Source of the DNA: Lepidodermella squamata | Taxonomy: Eukaryota; Animalia; Gastrotricha | Assembly (NCBI GenBank): GCA_047495785.1 | Contig: JBLDXI010000024.1 | Coordinates: forward strand, 4,650,001-4,714,000 | DNA length: 64,000 bases | Reading direction: 5' to 3' | In this document: positions 13,497-27,073 of the stretch, in pieces | How the letters are laid out: every line of letters starts with the position of its first letter | Position numbering within the stretch: position 1 is the stretch's first letter | Position numbers and translations under genes: made by a program | Notes under the pieces: model-generated | The model's input: the letters and a program-made list of their open reading frames with translations, nothing else | What the model was told of the DNA's origin: nothing | Databases searched by the model: none

Positions 13497-15383
13497 CTAC
13501 ATTATTACAACAAGGTAAACGCTTAGGATGAATGCTGGAATCAGATGCTGCAGTTTTTCAGCGCCATTAGTTCGGAATGAAATGAACGCCTGCTGTGCGT
13601 TCTCGTCCGCGCCGTTGCACAGGTCCGTGAAGCAGCATTTACACGTGCAACTGCGGTACAGACTCGACATGCACGAGCCACGCTGAAATTGTCAACAAAA
13701 ATGAGAAATTTTCCGGATTAATCGAGTTAACCAACCGTGCAGTAGCCAGTTTTCACGCAGTCTGCCGAGTGACAACCGGTTGAGTTTCTGCAAGAGATTA
13801 GGACTTACAATACATCTGGTTGGATTAGTAGGACATAATAACTAGGACGAGGACTGAGAGTAATTGGCACCTATAGCGGGGTGTGTAATAACATGGCGTG
13901 CTCTGATCTAAGGCATGGCTCCACTTGCTTTGATGGATCTTCAGGTAATGCTTTTAAGCTTCCAGGAGAACTGAGAACCGTTGGACTGCTATTCTAGACA
14001 ATACTAGAGCTATGAAAACTAAGGCGAATCGCTTTTAACTTCAGCGTCTACACAGCCTAAAAGACTGCATCAGCGTTTAACATATTTGGGTCAAGTTGAC
14101 TAGAATTAAGTGACTTGTCAAAACTTTGCTCGGATATGTCTCAATATGCCTCAAGCGTGTATCGAAATCAACTTATTCTGCTATATTATTTTTCCATATA
14201 AGCGTTGAAATTAGCTGGATTCTAAGCAATTTTACGGTTAATTTTCCAAATAAATTTGCTTCTTAGTTGTGGCTTAGTTGAGTCAATTTCTTAAGAAGAG
14301 CCATGAGTCGTCGGAAGAATTGCAGTACTGTTCATTCCATCTCATGAAATAGTTAAAACAACCAGGAAGGCTGTGAGATTTGAACATCGCAATAATTATT
14401 TTAATTCGTTAATTGCTTGGCAAAATTAATAAAATAACAATTTTGCAGTAAATTCAGACCCCGACCAGCCAACATATTGATGAAATATACTTAGTTAACG
14501 CTCGCTGCAGTCAAAAACCGAACAATAGGGAGTAAATTTGCTACCTTGTCCATATTCTTTTTCCTAGAAAGTGTGGCTTTTATGCTTGCTAAGGGAGTTT
14601 GTTCTCATCCTGGCTATATTGGTATACATTTTGAGATGGTATTTGAGGCTGGAAAATGTTTTCATTGATGTTCAAAGTGACTGGCCATGAATTAATATAT
14701 TTATAAGAATTAGCTATTTTGGCCCTCCTGGGGTCTATTTCATCTGCTCGCGGAATATTCATTTTTCAATTTCCGTGAGCAGATGAAATTGACTTAGGCT
14801 TTTATAGCTAATTTTACATTGAATTCATGGGTCGCGATTCCTAGTTAACGTCATGGGACATTTCTTCTCAACCTTTAATTCCTGTATAACTTATAGCGTA
14901 GCGACTTCTCGCCGAAGCTGAGTAAATCGCACCATAGCTAGAGCAAAATAAAATTACCCTTTCGTGCTTTTCATTCATGAAAAATCCGGCTGCGTTTAAT
15001 TTTTCGTATTACGGGCTATATTAGGAAATTTCCTCCTCAGCCTCGGTATAAAATGGCTGCGCTATGCAGGTAAAAGGCGCATATCAATCATTTGAAACTA
15101 ATGTGAGACTGAACTCGCCAGGAATAAAAACACCAATCATTTCCGGGTGTAATGCGTTTTTACGTTTTGGTGAGACCAGATGCCGAGATGAGCACAAGAC
15201 TGACGCAGCTAACACAGTCCGTGCTGATATCCCCATCCATCGCTGACTTGTCATAGCAAGAAATCGCATTGGCTGAAAGCAATAAAATCGTTAAATTTCC
15301 CGAATACATCGAATTTTTTCCTGAATACCTGAAATCGGAACGAGACACAAAACTAAAATCGACCTGAGAACGCATGATGCCAT
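13497..15383 (-). CDS. Ly6 three-finger GPI-anchored protein C; complement(join(13497..13682,13736..13787,15164..15272,15329..15383))
   Basis: MASCVLRSILVLCLVPIS/ANAISCYD...DCVSC...CTCKCCFTDLCN followed by a hydrophobic tail; exon phases are consistent. Largely absent from the ORF track. Confidence 0.85.
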
Positions 15384-15807
15384 TGCGAAAAGAAAGATAA
15401 TCAAGACGACTAATTACTGGACTAATTTCATCCAAAAATCGCGGCTGCTATCAATTGATGATGGCCATCTTTTATGACAAGCGTTGAAAGCGCTTGTCAC
15501 TTTTTTTATCAGCAGATCTATATGTCTGTTATTTTTCACATCATTAACCGCACTTCATTACGCATGCTAATTCTTGAGTGAGACCGAAAATTTTTCCGCT
15601 GTTTGCACCTAATCAAAAAATTCTCATTTATCGCAATTTTATTCCATCATTTTATTTGAATTGAGACCCAACTGCGTGTGTGTAATTTTTTGCGTCTACA
15701 CAACAAGAGACATTGAGGAATGAAAAAAAAACGCGGCACAAAATATCAACACGAAGTAATACGCGAATCATAGGGTTGTTGTCGATGTTTTTATAACGGT
15801 CAGATGT

Positions 15808-17622
15808 TCATAGGCGTAACGCGACAACGCCGAGTAGTAGCACGAGGCCGAGGGTGAGTGAACGGGCGTGTTGCGGCGAGGCGCCGCTCAGAATGTACCG
15901 GCTGCCGTTCGGCCCCGAGTCGTTGTCGCGGTTGCACTCGTCCTCCGCGCAGCAGCTGCACGTGCACTGCGTATATTGCTGCTGGCACAGGGTCGTCCAT
16001 TGCTGAAACAAAGAACGGTGGTTACAAAAATATATTGCCAAAATAATGCAATTTATTAAAAAATATGCAAAATATGATTGCCAATAAACACATTTTAAGG
16101 TGGAATTTCAGCACATCCTCGACGATCTTGAAATCCGGCTGCTAATTTCAGAGACCAGATTGTATACTCGTTTTCTCATTACGCAACCAAATTTTCAAAT
16201 TTACTAAAGAAAACTCCGGTAAAACCCGGTGGTTTGGTAACTTCCAGTATTTTCCAGGTTGGACCAATTTTCTCTAGATTTTTTTTTATTCCGCTAGCAA
16301 ATTCTTGACTACAATTCTGACCATGAGATGTGACTTCGCCTGTTTTTTAGACTCTCTCACTCTTTTTCTTTGATAGCGTCAGTGATAGGATTCACTGTAT
16401 GGCAGAAATATGTGAAAATTCTGAAAATTTCGCATATTTTTCGCTTGTTGAAATTCTAGAAAATGTAGTCCGAAATTTCGGTAAAATGTTAAAAAATGTG
16501 GACATTTCGCGGATTGGGATATAGTGAAATCATTACCAAATCATCCCAATCAGTTCCAAATCCCAAATTTTAAGCCGAGGCCTTCAACCTTAACTCTAAC
16601 CCTAACCCCAAACCTAACCAGGTAAATTACGAATAAAATGGTTAGATATTGAATATTGAATTAAATGAAATTAGGTACCGGCGTAAGATTTTTCCTCGCG
16701 GATTATGGCGCAAAATTGGGTTAATTTACTTGCAAAAAAGCCAATTTTGTTTCAAACGCGACGATGTTAGGTTCGGAATAAATCTAATTAGGCTAGGCAA
16801 TATAATGGCGCCTATTTTTGAGTTTACAAGAAAATGGGCTTCTAGGTCTCTACCTCGCTATCAAAAGTTGAATTGTATAAATTAGGAAGTAACTAACATC
16901 TTCTATACATCTTCATGCCGAGACAATTTCTATATTCAGTATAATACTGGGCCAAGCAAAGCTATGAATATTCGGAAGCTTTAAAGGCTAAAAGGCCGTT
17001 CAGTCTCACGGCAGCGAAATAGTAAAAACTTGAGAAATTAAGCGATCAATTGTGTAACCCAGCGCCTATCTTATGTTACAAAGTGTCTCTATAACACCCT
17101 AGACCAGTGGCCCAACCGGCACTTTAAACTTTTGAAGACATTTCAAATGGTATTGACATGAGAGGTCGAAAAAGAGAGAAGTAAAAGGCAAGCTAAAAAT
17201 TAGCAGTAAATTGATATTTTTCCTATGTTTTGTCGGTTAATTAGCGATTCTTCCGCATCATAAGAAAACGCCATTTTAGTGTTTAATTTCGAAAGAACAG
17301 CAAAATATAATTGAATGAAGGATGAGTTAGCTTGTGACTCACTTTGCACTCGAAGCAGTCGGAAGATTTCGAACAGCGCGGCACGACGCGATTTCCCCGC
17401 GCGTCTTCGATAGTCAGCTTCATACAAGCCGCGCAGTCCTTGAGAACTTGCCCGGATACGGTATCGTCATAGCAAGAAATAGCCGATGCTAAAATAATTA
17501 TCGAAAATTAAAACAAAATCAGTCGTTAATTTCTAAATTGTTTTACCTGTGTATAGGGTGGTTGAAAAAACGGCAATCGCTAGCCAGTAAGAACCAGCAG
17601 CCACAGTTCCGATAGTCAGCAT
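15808..17622 (-). CDS. Ly6 three-finger GPI-anchored protein B; complement(join(15808..16002,17343..17488,17547..17622))
   Basis: Signal exon, then AISCYDD...DCAAC...CTCSCCAEDECN and tail LTLGLVLLLGVVAL; exon phases are consistent. Confidence 0.87.
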
Positions 17623-18528
17623 GATGGTGATGGGTTGGTTGTTAAACTGAAACAGTAGTAGTAGGAACGCGGAAAATGCTGCCGCTATTTCGGGTTAGTT
17701 GTATTCGCGTGTAAAAAGTGCGAGATGCGCACACGCGGTAATTAGGGCGCGCGCACTATTTACCTGTGCGCGACAGCCGGGAGAGAGTAGCAGCGCACGA
17801 GGAGGAGTATAGATGCCTCGACGCGCGCGACGCGTCACCCTCCTCGTGTATATTCCGATGCTGATATAGCCCACCACCGCGTCTTTTGGTATTATTGCGA
17901 GAGCGGCTATGCGACTTCCGGCGCCGGCACTCAGACATCTCGCAACGCGGTAAACATAAACAACAAAGGCGCGTTGATAACAAGGCTAACAACGTTTTCA
18001 TTACCATTTGCCAACTCTCGAAGCGAGACGCTATATAAACCCGAGTGTATTCCACCAATGGAGAAAGCAACGTAGTTATATAATAAGCGAAAACACTTTT
18101 ATTTGCTATATTTTTTCCAATACGATTATCATAACAACAGTCTTGATGTTATTTTTCTCTATTGCCTAATTTAATTTCTTAATAAATCAGGCCAACATTT
18201 TCATTGAAAAATACGAAAATTAAAATTTAGATGAATTATTCAATTTTTTGAATATTCCAGAATATTTAAATCAATTTTCAAAAAATTCAGAAATTTGACC
18301 TAGATTCAGAAATGAAAAAATTCAGCGACCGTTATTAGTAGCTCATTTTTATTAATGACATCAAATTAGGCAATTTTTTCAATTAATACATTTTTCAGTA
18401 TGAAAAGACAGAATATTTATATATTGATGAGACACGAAAATTACAGACAAAGACTTGAATAGCGGAAGTCATACTTTCGATCATATATAGAACACCGGGT
18501 CGTGATGATTTTCTGTTTGTTTGTTCAT

Positions 18529-21500
18529 CTAAGAAGATGTGGCCAGTGATGATGAGCAGCCTAGGGCGCAAATGGCGTGTGTGGCGTCGGGTGAGCGCAT
18601 CAGGTAGGCGACGCCCAGCGCCAGGGCGACGGCGGCAGGGTGCGCACACGCGGCGCACACGGCCGCGCTCTGGGCGTACGTTATACTTTCGACGATGGCC
18701 GGCAGTCGCGATACAACAGCATCATCGGTAATCATACTATATTAGAAAATGAACCCAAACATTCAAGTGACATCAGCGTGATAGTGAAAGCTAAAATTTG
18801 AATTATTAAAAGTTGAACAATTCAATTTCCAAAATTTAAAAATTTGAATAGGGACGATTTTGTATTTCAGAATTTCGAACGCGATTTTCAGTTAAATAAA
18901 TTTACTGCTTCAATTTCCTTTGATTCATGTTTTTTTAATGATTTTCTCATGATTTGTACCCGATTTGTACCCATGATTTGTACCCGCGTTTCCCAGAATT
19001 TAGGCAACTTTTTTCATGAAATTCACCATCTTAAAAATTAAGCTAAACGGGAGCATCTCCAATCCGAATCCGAATTTCCCCGGCGAACTTGAACCGTAAC
19101 CGGAACCCGAAAAAACCCGATAATTGGTAACTGGTTTTGGTATTCGGTATTTTTCGGTATTTTTCGGTAATACTCGGTATTTCAGCAATTTTTTCCAGAA
19201 TCGTATATTTTTTGTTCCCCTTTTTACATCTTTTCGATTTTTTCGATTCTTTTTCGATCTTTTCGATTCGATTCGATGCTTTAATTGTGGGACACAGCAT
19301 TTTGATTTGCATCGAAATTTTTTCAATGAAATTTCAATTAGCTTACCTTAGAAAGCTATCTGTAGCCGTTTCGCCTGATAGCGTGCTCACTCGATCGAGA
19401 CCGCGAACAATCAGCGCATCTTCAGTCACATTTTGATCCATCAAATTGTCATTTCCCACTAAATTAACCACCACAGCAGTCGTCGTTACTAACGGCGTCA
19501 CGGTTGGCCGAACACGATTCGCGGCGAAACCAGGCGGTTTCTCCGTGCCGTACAGGATCAAACTCCACCGACGCAGTGAACCGTGATTGTCATCCGGGCC
19601 GACATTGCCGACCTCCAGGGACCAAGTACCCCGCGGGTCTTCGCCCCAAAATTGAACGGAGACAAACGACCAGTCCTTGAACTCGCCCTCCTGGTCGTCA
19701 TACGACCTGGGCGGCAGTAATTGACTCCGCGTCCCAGCGGGTGACACCAGGTAGATTTCGAGATCGCCTCGAACCGAGTACCATATTGAAATACGCGCTT
19801 CGACATGTTCCAGATACCCTACGGCGTCCTCTGAGCCGTTACATGCGGTTGTCACTGCGTTTAGATGCAGGGTTTCTTCGGCTGGGATTGTGTGAATCAT
19901 CCAGTCTTGAATGGCGGCGGTGCATATCCGCTGTTCTGGGACGTTGATCCACGTCTCGGCGGCTCGCACCATCGCTAGAGCGTCCATCAGACCGAAACCG
20001 AATCGGGAGCTCACGCGCTTTCCGGCTCTGAAATGTAAGAATAAAATACAAGAAAAGAAATAATGAACTAGTTTCGGACATTAATCAACATTAAGACAAA
20101 TCATCTTGAGCAAAGAAGTAAAAATGTTAGGCGGAAAATTTTGAAAAAATTGAAATTAAAGAAATGACCTAAATAAAGACAAAGCCGTCCAATCGAGCTT
20201 GGGGTTGCAAATTCATTGAGTTGCTGATAGAATTTCGAAGAATTCAGAACAAAAAATGTCCTTATTTCGGACACGCTTGGAATTACTTGCATGCAAGGCT
20301 TTGAGAAAAAAATCGAACTTGAATTTCAAAAATTCAAAAATTAGAGGATCTAAAATCTAAACATTGGAAGGACCTAGTTTCAGTTTCTGAATCTAGCTAA
20401 TAAAAATTCAAAATGAAATTCAATTTTATGAGCCAGAAAATGAAACTTGAGAAGCTTTCTTAAAATTAGTCGATTTTTAGATTTTTAGATTTTTAGATTT
20501 TTAGATTTTAGATTTTTAGAAAAAATGAAAGGAATAAAAAATTAAAATCACTCTTTTGCCGTTTTTCCTCTCAAAATCTTGTTGAGAAAAAATCTGAAAA
20601 AAATCTAAAAAAATTGGAGGTATAACAAAACAAATTCGGTCATTAGAAAATTCTGCTATCACATCGACTCAATGCTAATTTAACAAAAATCGATTTTTCA
20701 AGGCTGGAAATTTAATTTACCCATTAGTAATGAAAAATCCGTCCATTAGCAGTGGCTCAGGCCGTGCTGTTTCGACAACCAAGTGCTGCACGTCGCGCCA
20801 CGTCATTCTCGGGTTAGCCTCCAGCGCCATGGCGACGAGGCCCGCCGCAATGGGCGCCGAGGCCGACGTACCGGTGTGGTTGTCCGTACAACCGCCGCGC
20901 AAATCTGTCGTTACAACTTGCCGCTCGATGGCTGGCTCGCCGCTTGAATAAGTCGCGGCTAGGGTCGAAGCGCACTCTTCGAGGTACCACGGCTTCAGGC
21001 CACGCTCTGATGCACTCGAAATTGACAGCGTGAAAATTGAATTCGCATAACCGTCACACGCGCACGAGTCCTAAAAAATAAAAAAAATTGGAAAAATGTT
21101 CTAAAATGTCCCAAAAATTTAATAAATATAAGGAGACATGTCTTAAAAAATAGGGGAAAACTTCCCAAATTCAAAATGTAAATTAAAAAATTTGAAAATT
21201 CTGAAAAATTCGAAAAATTAAAATTTTCAGTAAATTTATTATTGAGTGAGGCTATTCATACATAAATATGTACGCGATTTTGGCTATTCGTACATAAATA
21301 TGTACGCGATTTCGGCTATTCGTACATAATATGTACGCGATTTTGGCTATTCGTACATAAATATGTACGCGATTTCGGCTATTCGTACATAATATGTACG
21401 CGATTTTGGCTATTCGTACATAATATGTACGCGATTTTGGCTATTCGTACATATGGTAAAAAATGTGGTTAAATAGGCTTAATAAACATAAATCAGCCAG

Positions 21501-24500
21501 ATAAGTGAGATGAAATAAATAAATGTCCATAAAAAATGAGTGTAATTTTTGAAAAGCAATATATGAATGGAGATACAAACGTGTCTACTACTGAGCGAGA
21601 AAATATAAATAAAAAAAATAAAAAATTTGTTCAGGTTGTTAAATGAAATATTTTAGCATTGAACCAGTTTATACGGCTCGTCACCGTCCCATCACATTAA
21701 TGAAATTCCTTGCGAAAACGCTGATGCCCTTGTTACCGGAGGAAGCGCGCTGTCTTGGGGAAATATTAGCTTCTCAAACCACTATCTATTTTCATTAAGC
21801 CAGTCTTTAAACAACAGCTAACCTAAAGTTTTCTTGGATTTCGATCAAAAGTTTGATATCTTTCATTCTATATTTCTCAATAATGGCCTTAATTTTGAAG
21901 ATGTCGTTTGAAATAATATGGACATCGGATCTTTTTTATGAGGTCTAGTCCCGAATACAACCCACATTTGCTTTGCTTTGCTTCTCGATTATATTTTGAA
22001 CATTGGTCAGATTATACTGGAATCCCAGACATAAGTTAGATTAGGCTGGAAGCTCTTGTTTTATACAACCACAATTCAGCTTATAATTCGGTTCAAACGG
22101 GTTCATTGTGAAATTGTGTTCAATCTAATATTCAGAGTTCACCTGTAGGTAGAATGATATCTACTTTACTTTTTCTTGTCCTAATTGGCAATGGCTGCCA
22201 CCCTGGTTTCAATTCTGTATCGCCATCCTCCTCGCCCAGGCTAACGCCAGCGTGGCTAACCGTGACGTGCCACGTCAAGTTCAAAATTGCCGTCAACAAC
22301 GGTTCGGGCAAGCGAGGGAGACTGATAATATTTTATGTACTGCTTCAGTCGGGCAATGTTGAGATGAATCCCGGTCCGACTTTGATTCCAGGTCTTGTTA
22401 TCGACTGCGACCCAGGCTCTTTCACTCATGGCGCTTCTTTTAACATGACGAAGAGCGTACTGTTCGGCAAGGTGAAGAAGCATTGCGATCAAACTCATCA
22501 GCCTTTCATAAAGCGTTCAACAATGCCCAAGCAACTGATTGTCGAATGTTGCCACAGTACTGAGCGTGCGACAAAGAGCAATGGTGTCCGAGAAAACCAA
22601 GGTAATAAAATGTTGATTCTTAGAGCATTGAAACCCAAGTACAACTTTAGGTTATCTGTATTCTGAGTGCAAGGCGCGTTTGTCGCTTACATTAAGGAAA
22701 GATGGACTCTGGCATGTAGATGCTGCCGTTTTTAGGCACACGGGCCACACGGTGAACGCCGATGACTTCGCAACTTATCCAGCGAATTGCAGGCTGACAG
22801 AAGAAGAGAAGGACCAGTTTCGAAAGGAGTTTACGTCGCTCAACATGTGCATCAAACGCCGAACTGCAGCAAAACACATCAAGTCAATGATTGGAAAACC
22901 TGTTACTTCGAAGCATGTTGCGAATTTGAAGCTGCTGGACGTCAGCGACGAGGTTAAAATGGAGCGGTTGCACGACTTCCTCGAAACTATCGAGCAAAAA
23001 GGTGGCTTCGTTGCTGAAAAGCTAACTCAAGACGGCTTCACTCAAGTCTTGTTTTTCTCCACCCCTGCAATGCTGACCCGTCTGAAACTGCAAAAGCCGA
23101 AGACAATGGTGATCGATACTACATTCGGGACGAACAAAGCTGGGTACAAATTGATCCTCTTCTGTTTCACCAACGCCGACAATGGCAAGACTGCAGTTGG
23201 CGCAATAGCAATGCTGTTGGATGAAACTGACGAGAGCGTGGGAGAAGCCTTCAAACTCTTCAAGCGCCTGCATTGCCCGAGCGTCTGCTTGGTCGACAAA
23301 GACCTCAAGCAAATAAGCCTTCTCGAAGAAATCTTTGGATGCCTGGTTTTGTTGTGCTTGTGGCACGTCAGCAAATTTTTCAAAAATCTTATAGCAACTG
23401 CGCTAACTGAAGTTGAGGTGAAAGAGAGGCTGTATGCTTGCGTCCTCGCCATGTCAAATTCGCATGAAATATCCAAATTCGATGATGCTCACCGAATGTT
23501 CATTGAAGCTGCAACTGGCATTGATGTTCGCATCGACAAGAAGTATGTCAGTCTTCTCGACTATTTTGACAGAAATTGGCTATCCTCAGTGGAAATGTGG
23601 GTGAAGCTGCACAGACGCTCGCTGGAAACAATGGGCAACGACACCACAAATCGAGCTGAAGGGTCTTTTGGATCGTGGAAAGTAAAATATGACTTTTGTA
23701 CCACTGTTACTAGATGTATTAAAATTTCATTGTTCAGGTGAATTTACACGCTTGTCTCGGGAAAAAGCCAAGTATCTGCTCTGTGATACCGGCCGTCGCT
23801 GAACTGGCTGACGATCAAGCGATAGCCGCAACCTCTGAACGACGATAGGGCTTGGGTCCCGGAGTTGAACCTGTCGCTCGACGAGAAGGAGATAATTGAG
23901 CAAGGAGGGTGGCTCACAGACGAAGTTATGGATGCTATAACGTCAATTGCGCTCGCTAAATCGTCATTTCGGCTAGAAACGGCCCCTTGTGCTACAACGG
24001 TTGCACTTGCTGGCGATGTGGCAACCGAACAAGGATTTTATTTCCACAACATCAGAAACACCCATTGGGTTTTGTCGACTACTTTCCACCGCAAGGTTGC
24101 AGTTTATGACTCTTTGCCGGCTACATCAATGGATGAAGAGCTTCGCGCCCAACTGAGGGATAGGTACCGGTTGCTGATGGAAGACGGGCGGCTGAAGGTT
24201 CACCTTGAGCCATGTCCGAGGCAATCAAACGGTACCGATTGCGGCGTTTTCGCAGCTGCATGCTTACTTCTTCTCATCGATGGCGGCGATCCTGGTGTGA
24301 CCTGCTTCAAATCTTCAACGGACATGCGAAATCACCTTATTAGCTGCCTCGAAAGTCAGCATGCAACCGTCTTCCCATCATCGAAAAAACGCGGCCGAAG
24401 ACCGGAGCCTAAAGTCCTAATCCTTAGTTGAACTGAAACCTAGTATTCGTTAAGATACTTAATGATAACGCCGAATATTGATCATGAAAAAGGTTTGAAT

Positions 24501-25853
24501 GATGCAAATGAGAATAAAAATGATGCAGTTTCATTTTCTGAAAATATTTACGAATAGTCGTAAAACTGTACTAGAATGTGTGCGAATATCCACTCCCACA
24601 TAAAAATGTGCGGGTCAATACTACGCCATATTCCGTTTTTCGTGGTCTTAGGTGTGTTTCCTCCATATGTACGAATAGCCAAAAACGCGTACATATTATG
24701 TACGAATAGCCGAAATCGCGTACATATTTATGTATGAATAGCCAAATTCGCGTACATAAATATGTACGAATAGCCAAAATCGCGTACATATTTATGTATG
24801 AATAGCCATTCCGTTTATTATTTTAATTTTCCTATTATTATAAGTTTTCTACATTTCTAAAATGTTATTTTGAATTTGGGAATTTTTTTGAAATTTTCAA
24901 AATTTTTCAAAATTTCTCCTTTAATTATTTTTTATAATCAGACTTACTTCAAACAGTCCTCCATTGCCAGAGGACCATACGAAAATTGCTCCGAGGCCCT
25001 CGCGCCCTCTGAGGACACCTCTCAACAGGGCGCGCCTCGCCAGGTGACCCGGCCCATCAACCGTCTCGCCGTCATCCGGCGGGCCCCAAGACGCCGAGAA
25101 CACATCGATATAATCGAGCCGCAGCGACAGCGCCTCAGCCTCCAGCGCATCAGTCACCCTGCCGTCCAACATTCTCACCCCTCCTATCCTCGCGTTGAAC
25201 GCCACCCCCACCGCGCATATGCTGTTGTTAGCCACAGCCGCTACCTGGCCCGCACATCTTGTGCCATGTTGATTCGAATTTTTCGAGTCGTAACGAGGCG
25301 TAGGGTCCGAGTCGCGGCTATTCAGGTCAAACGAGGCCATGGCGTCGTAATTAGCCCGTAGATCAGGGTGGTTACGCTCGACGCCATCGTCCAGTATGGT
25401 GACTACAACGCCGTCACCTGTATAACCAGCCTGCCAAGCCGCTACAACGTTCATGTCCTTGCGAGGCGGGAGTTCGCCGTTCAAATACCACGATTTATCA
25501 TACATAGGGTCGTTAAGCTCGAAATTTTGGCCCGCAAATAGTTCTAGGTCACGCTTGACCCGTTTCAAGGCGACCTGCCTCTGCGCGAAATCACTCAAGC
25601 GTGACAACTCCTCATCGACCCAATCCACACTTCGTTTCCTTCTCGATCGCCCGTGATTTTCGAATAAATGCACATCGTCGAATGCTGCATGAGGTCCTAA
25701 ATAGCGAAGACCGAGGCGTAGCGCGATTAAGGTGGCGTTTTGTGTTCCGCTCAACTGAACAGCCCATGTGTGAGATTCGTAAGTGTAAACACCGGTTGAA
25801 ATAGCGATGATGATGAGGAGGCAGACTGAGATGGAACTTTTGATTAGGTACAT
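18529..25853 (-). CDS. Furin/PCSK5-like proprotein convertase; complement(join(18529..18736,19347..20027,20721..21070,24948..25853))
   Basis: Signal peptide, prodomain sites RRKR and RVKR, catalytic ILDDG, HGTRCAG, oxyanion GNGG, GTSASAP, and a P-domain with RGD; splice sites are in frame. Confidence 0.92.
20471..20520 (+). repeat. (GATTTTTA)n tandem repeat in the convertase intron
   Basis: About six copies of an 8-bp unit are directly visible. Confidence 0.8.
22154..23848 (+). CDS. MULE DDE transposase with an N-terminal 2A-like peptide and a FAR1/WRKY-like Zn finger; join(22154..22601,22651..23681,23738..23848); probably internally deleted
   Basis: VIDTTFGTNK (D), LVDKD (D), CLWH (CxxH) and TTNRAEG (E); two short GT-AG introns; the frame ends before the protease ORF. 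Confidence 0.85.
23850..24431 (+). CDS. Ulp1/C48-like cysteine protease domain carried by the MULE, out of frame with the transposase
   Basis: WLTDEVMD, HWVL (His), VYDSL (Asp), QSNGTDCGVF (Gln, Cys). There is no ATG at the start of the frame. Confidence 0.82.
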   Translation, partial: AWVPELNLSLDEKEIIEQGGWLTDEVMDAITSIALAKSSFRLETAPCATTVALAGDVATEQGFYFHNIRNTHWVLSTTFHRKVAVYDSLPATSMDEELRAQLRDRYRLLMEDGRLKVHLEPCPRQSNGTDCGVFAAACLLLLIDGGDPGVTCFKSSTDMRNHLISCLESQHATVFPSSKKRGRRPEPKVLILS

Positions 25854-27073
25854 GTTGCTGGCTTATGGCACTGTACCAGGTCGTAGTAAGACTGGGCTCG
25901 ATAGTCGTGGCATGCAAGCCGACCGAAAATGTCTAATAAAAGGCTGGAATACAAAAAATATTGATCTCAGATTTTTCAGAGGCTGAGAAATTCCGCTCAG
26001 GTTTTAATTTTTAAGAAATAATTTAGAAAATTTTCGAAAATTCGAATTTTATGAGGGTTTAGCTTAAAGAAAGAGAAAATTGATAAAAATTCATTTGAGT
26101 AGCTTCAGAAAAAAATCAGAAAACTAATATGGGAAAATTTGATGAAAATAGAAATTAATAGAGGATTCTGTACGGGTAATTGGTTCATTAAATCTAAAAA
26201 AATTTGTTAATCGACCGAAAGCTATTTTTTGTTGTTGATAGTCTGGCATGAAATTGAGATTGAGATTTCGCGGCATTCTATTACGCTCACATATCCACAT
26301 GAATTATACCTACGCCAGTAGCAATTTAGTATTATTATTTCGAATAATATTATTCCAACTGGCGTGTACCTGTTGAGTGAAAACTGTGAATGTTTGTTTG
26401 GTTCGGGAGCGGAAAATGCTAATTAAATGACTTTTTGCGTGTGTGTGTTTGTGTTAGCATTGTTGTAGTATATTATGTATAGAATCGTAGCAGCTATTTC
26501 TAGGTATAACCGACGAGCAAACACACTCAGGTGTCAAGTATTTACCCGCATTTTGTAAATTCGATAAATCAAGTCCGAGATGAATGATGAATGATGAATG
26601 ATGATGATATCTATAAATTACTCGCTTATGTCAAGTACCCGGCAACGTAAGATGGCTGAGCATAAAAAAGAATGAAACCCGAAAAACAAACAATTGAAAT
26701 TGAAAATAAAATCAAGGAGAGGAAATTCAAATTTAAATTCAAATCCTGGCAAGTTAAATATTTTTTAAATTGTTTTGCATTCATTAAAAATATTACGGAA
26801 TTAATGATCTGATGATTGATGAAAGATGAATATTCATCGTTTCCTTTTAGGTTGTGGCTATTCGCCATTTTTTCGTATTCACTCATCAAATTCACTTCTC
26901 ATGAACAATCTCATGAATTAATTTTTTGAATGAAAGCTTGAATTCTGCGCAAGGCAATTAGTGTGCGCAGTCAAGCGCATCGGCCAACACTTGACCTTGA
27001 AATGAGTCGGCCGCGCGGAGTCGCCTTTATCATCAAAGCGCAGTAATGAGGACACATTTCATTGTCAGTTAAC

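Larger units (their letters stand above)
21244..24813 (+). mobile_element. Mutator-like (MULE) DNA transposon with foldback-type tandem-repeat TIRs, in convertase intron 1
   Basis: 9-bp TSD TTTATTATT (21235-43 and 24814-22). TIRs are made of a ~30-bp unit GGCTATTCGTACATA(A)ATATGTACGCGATTT, about 7 copies on the left and about 5 inverted copies on the right. Confidence 0.93.

Noticed and set aside
16586-16620. CTAACC-type repeats resembling telomere sequence
   Set aside because: Only a few degenerate units inside an intron; more likely a repeat remnant than an interstitial telomere.
19000-19330. Lys-rich and Phe-rich ORFs in the convertase intron
   Set aside because: They derive from low-complexity TTTTCGGTA/TTTTCGA repeats.
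21250-21455. Regular ~30-bp palindromic repeats resembling a CRISPR array
   Set aside because: There are no unique spacers; the repeats are mirrored at 24664-24807 and bounded by a 9-bp TSD, so they are MULE TIRs in a eukaryotic intron.
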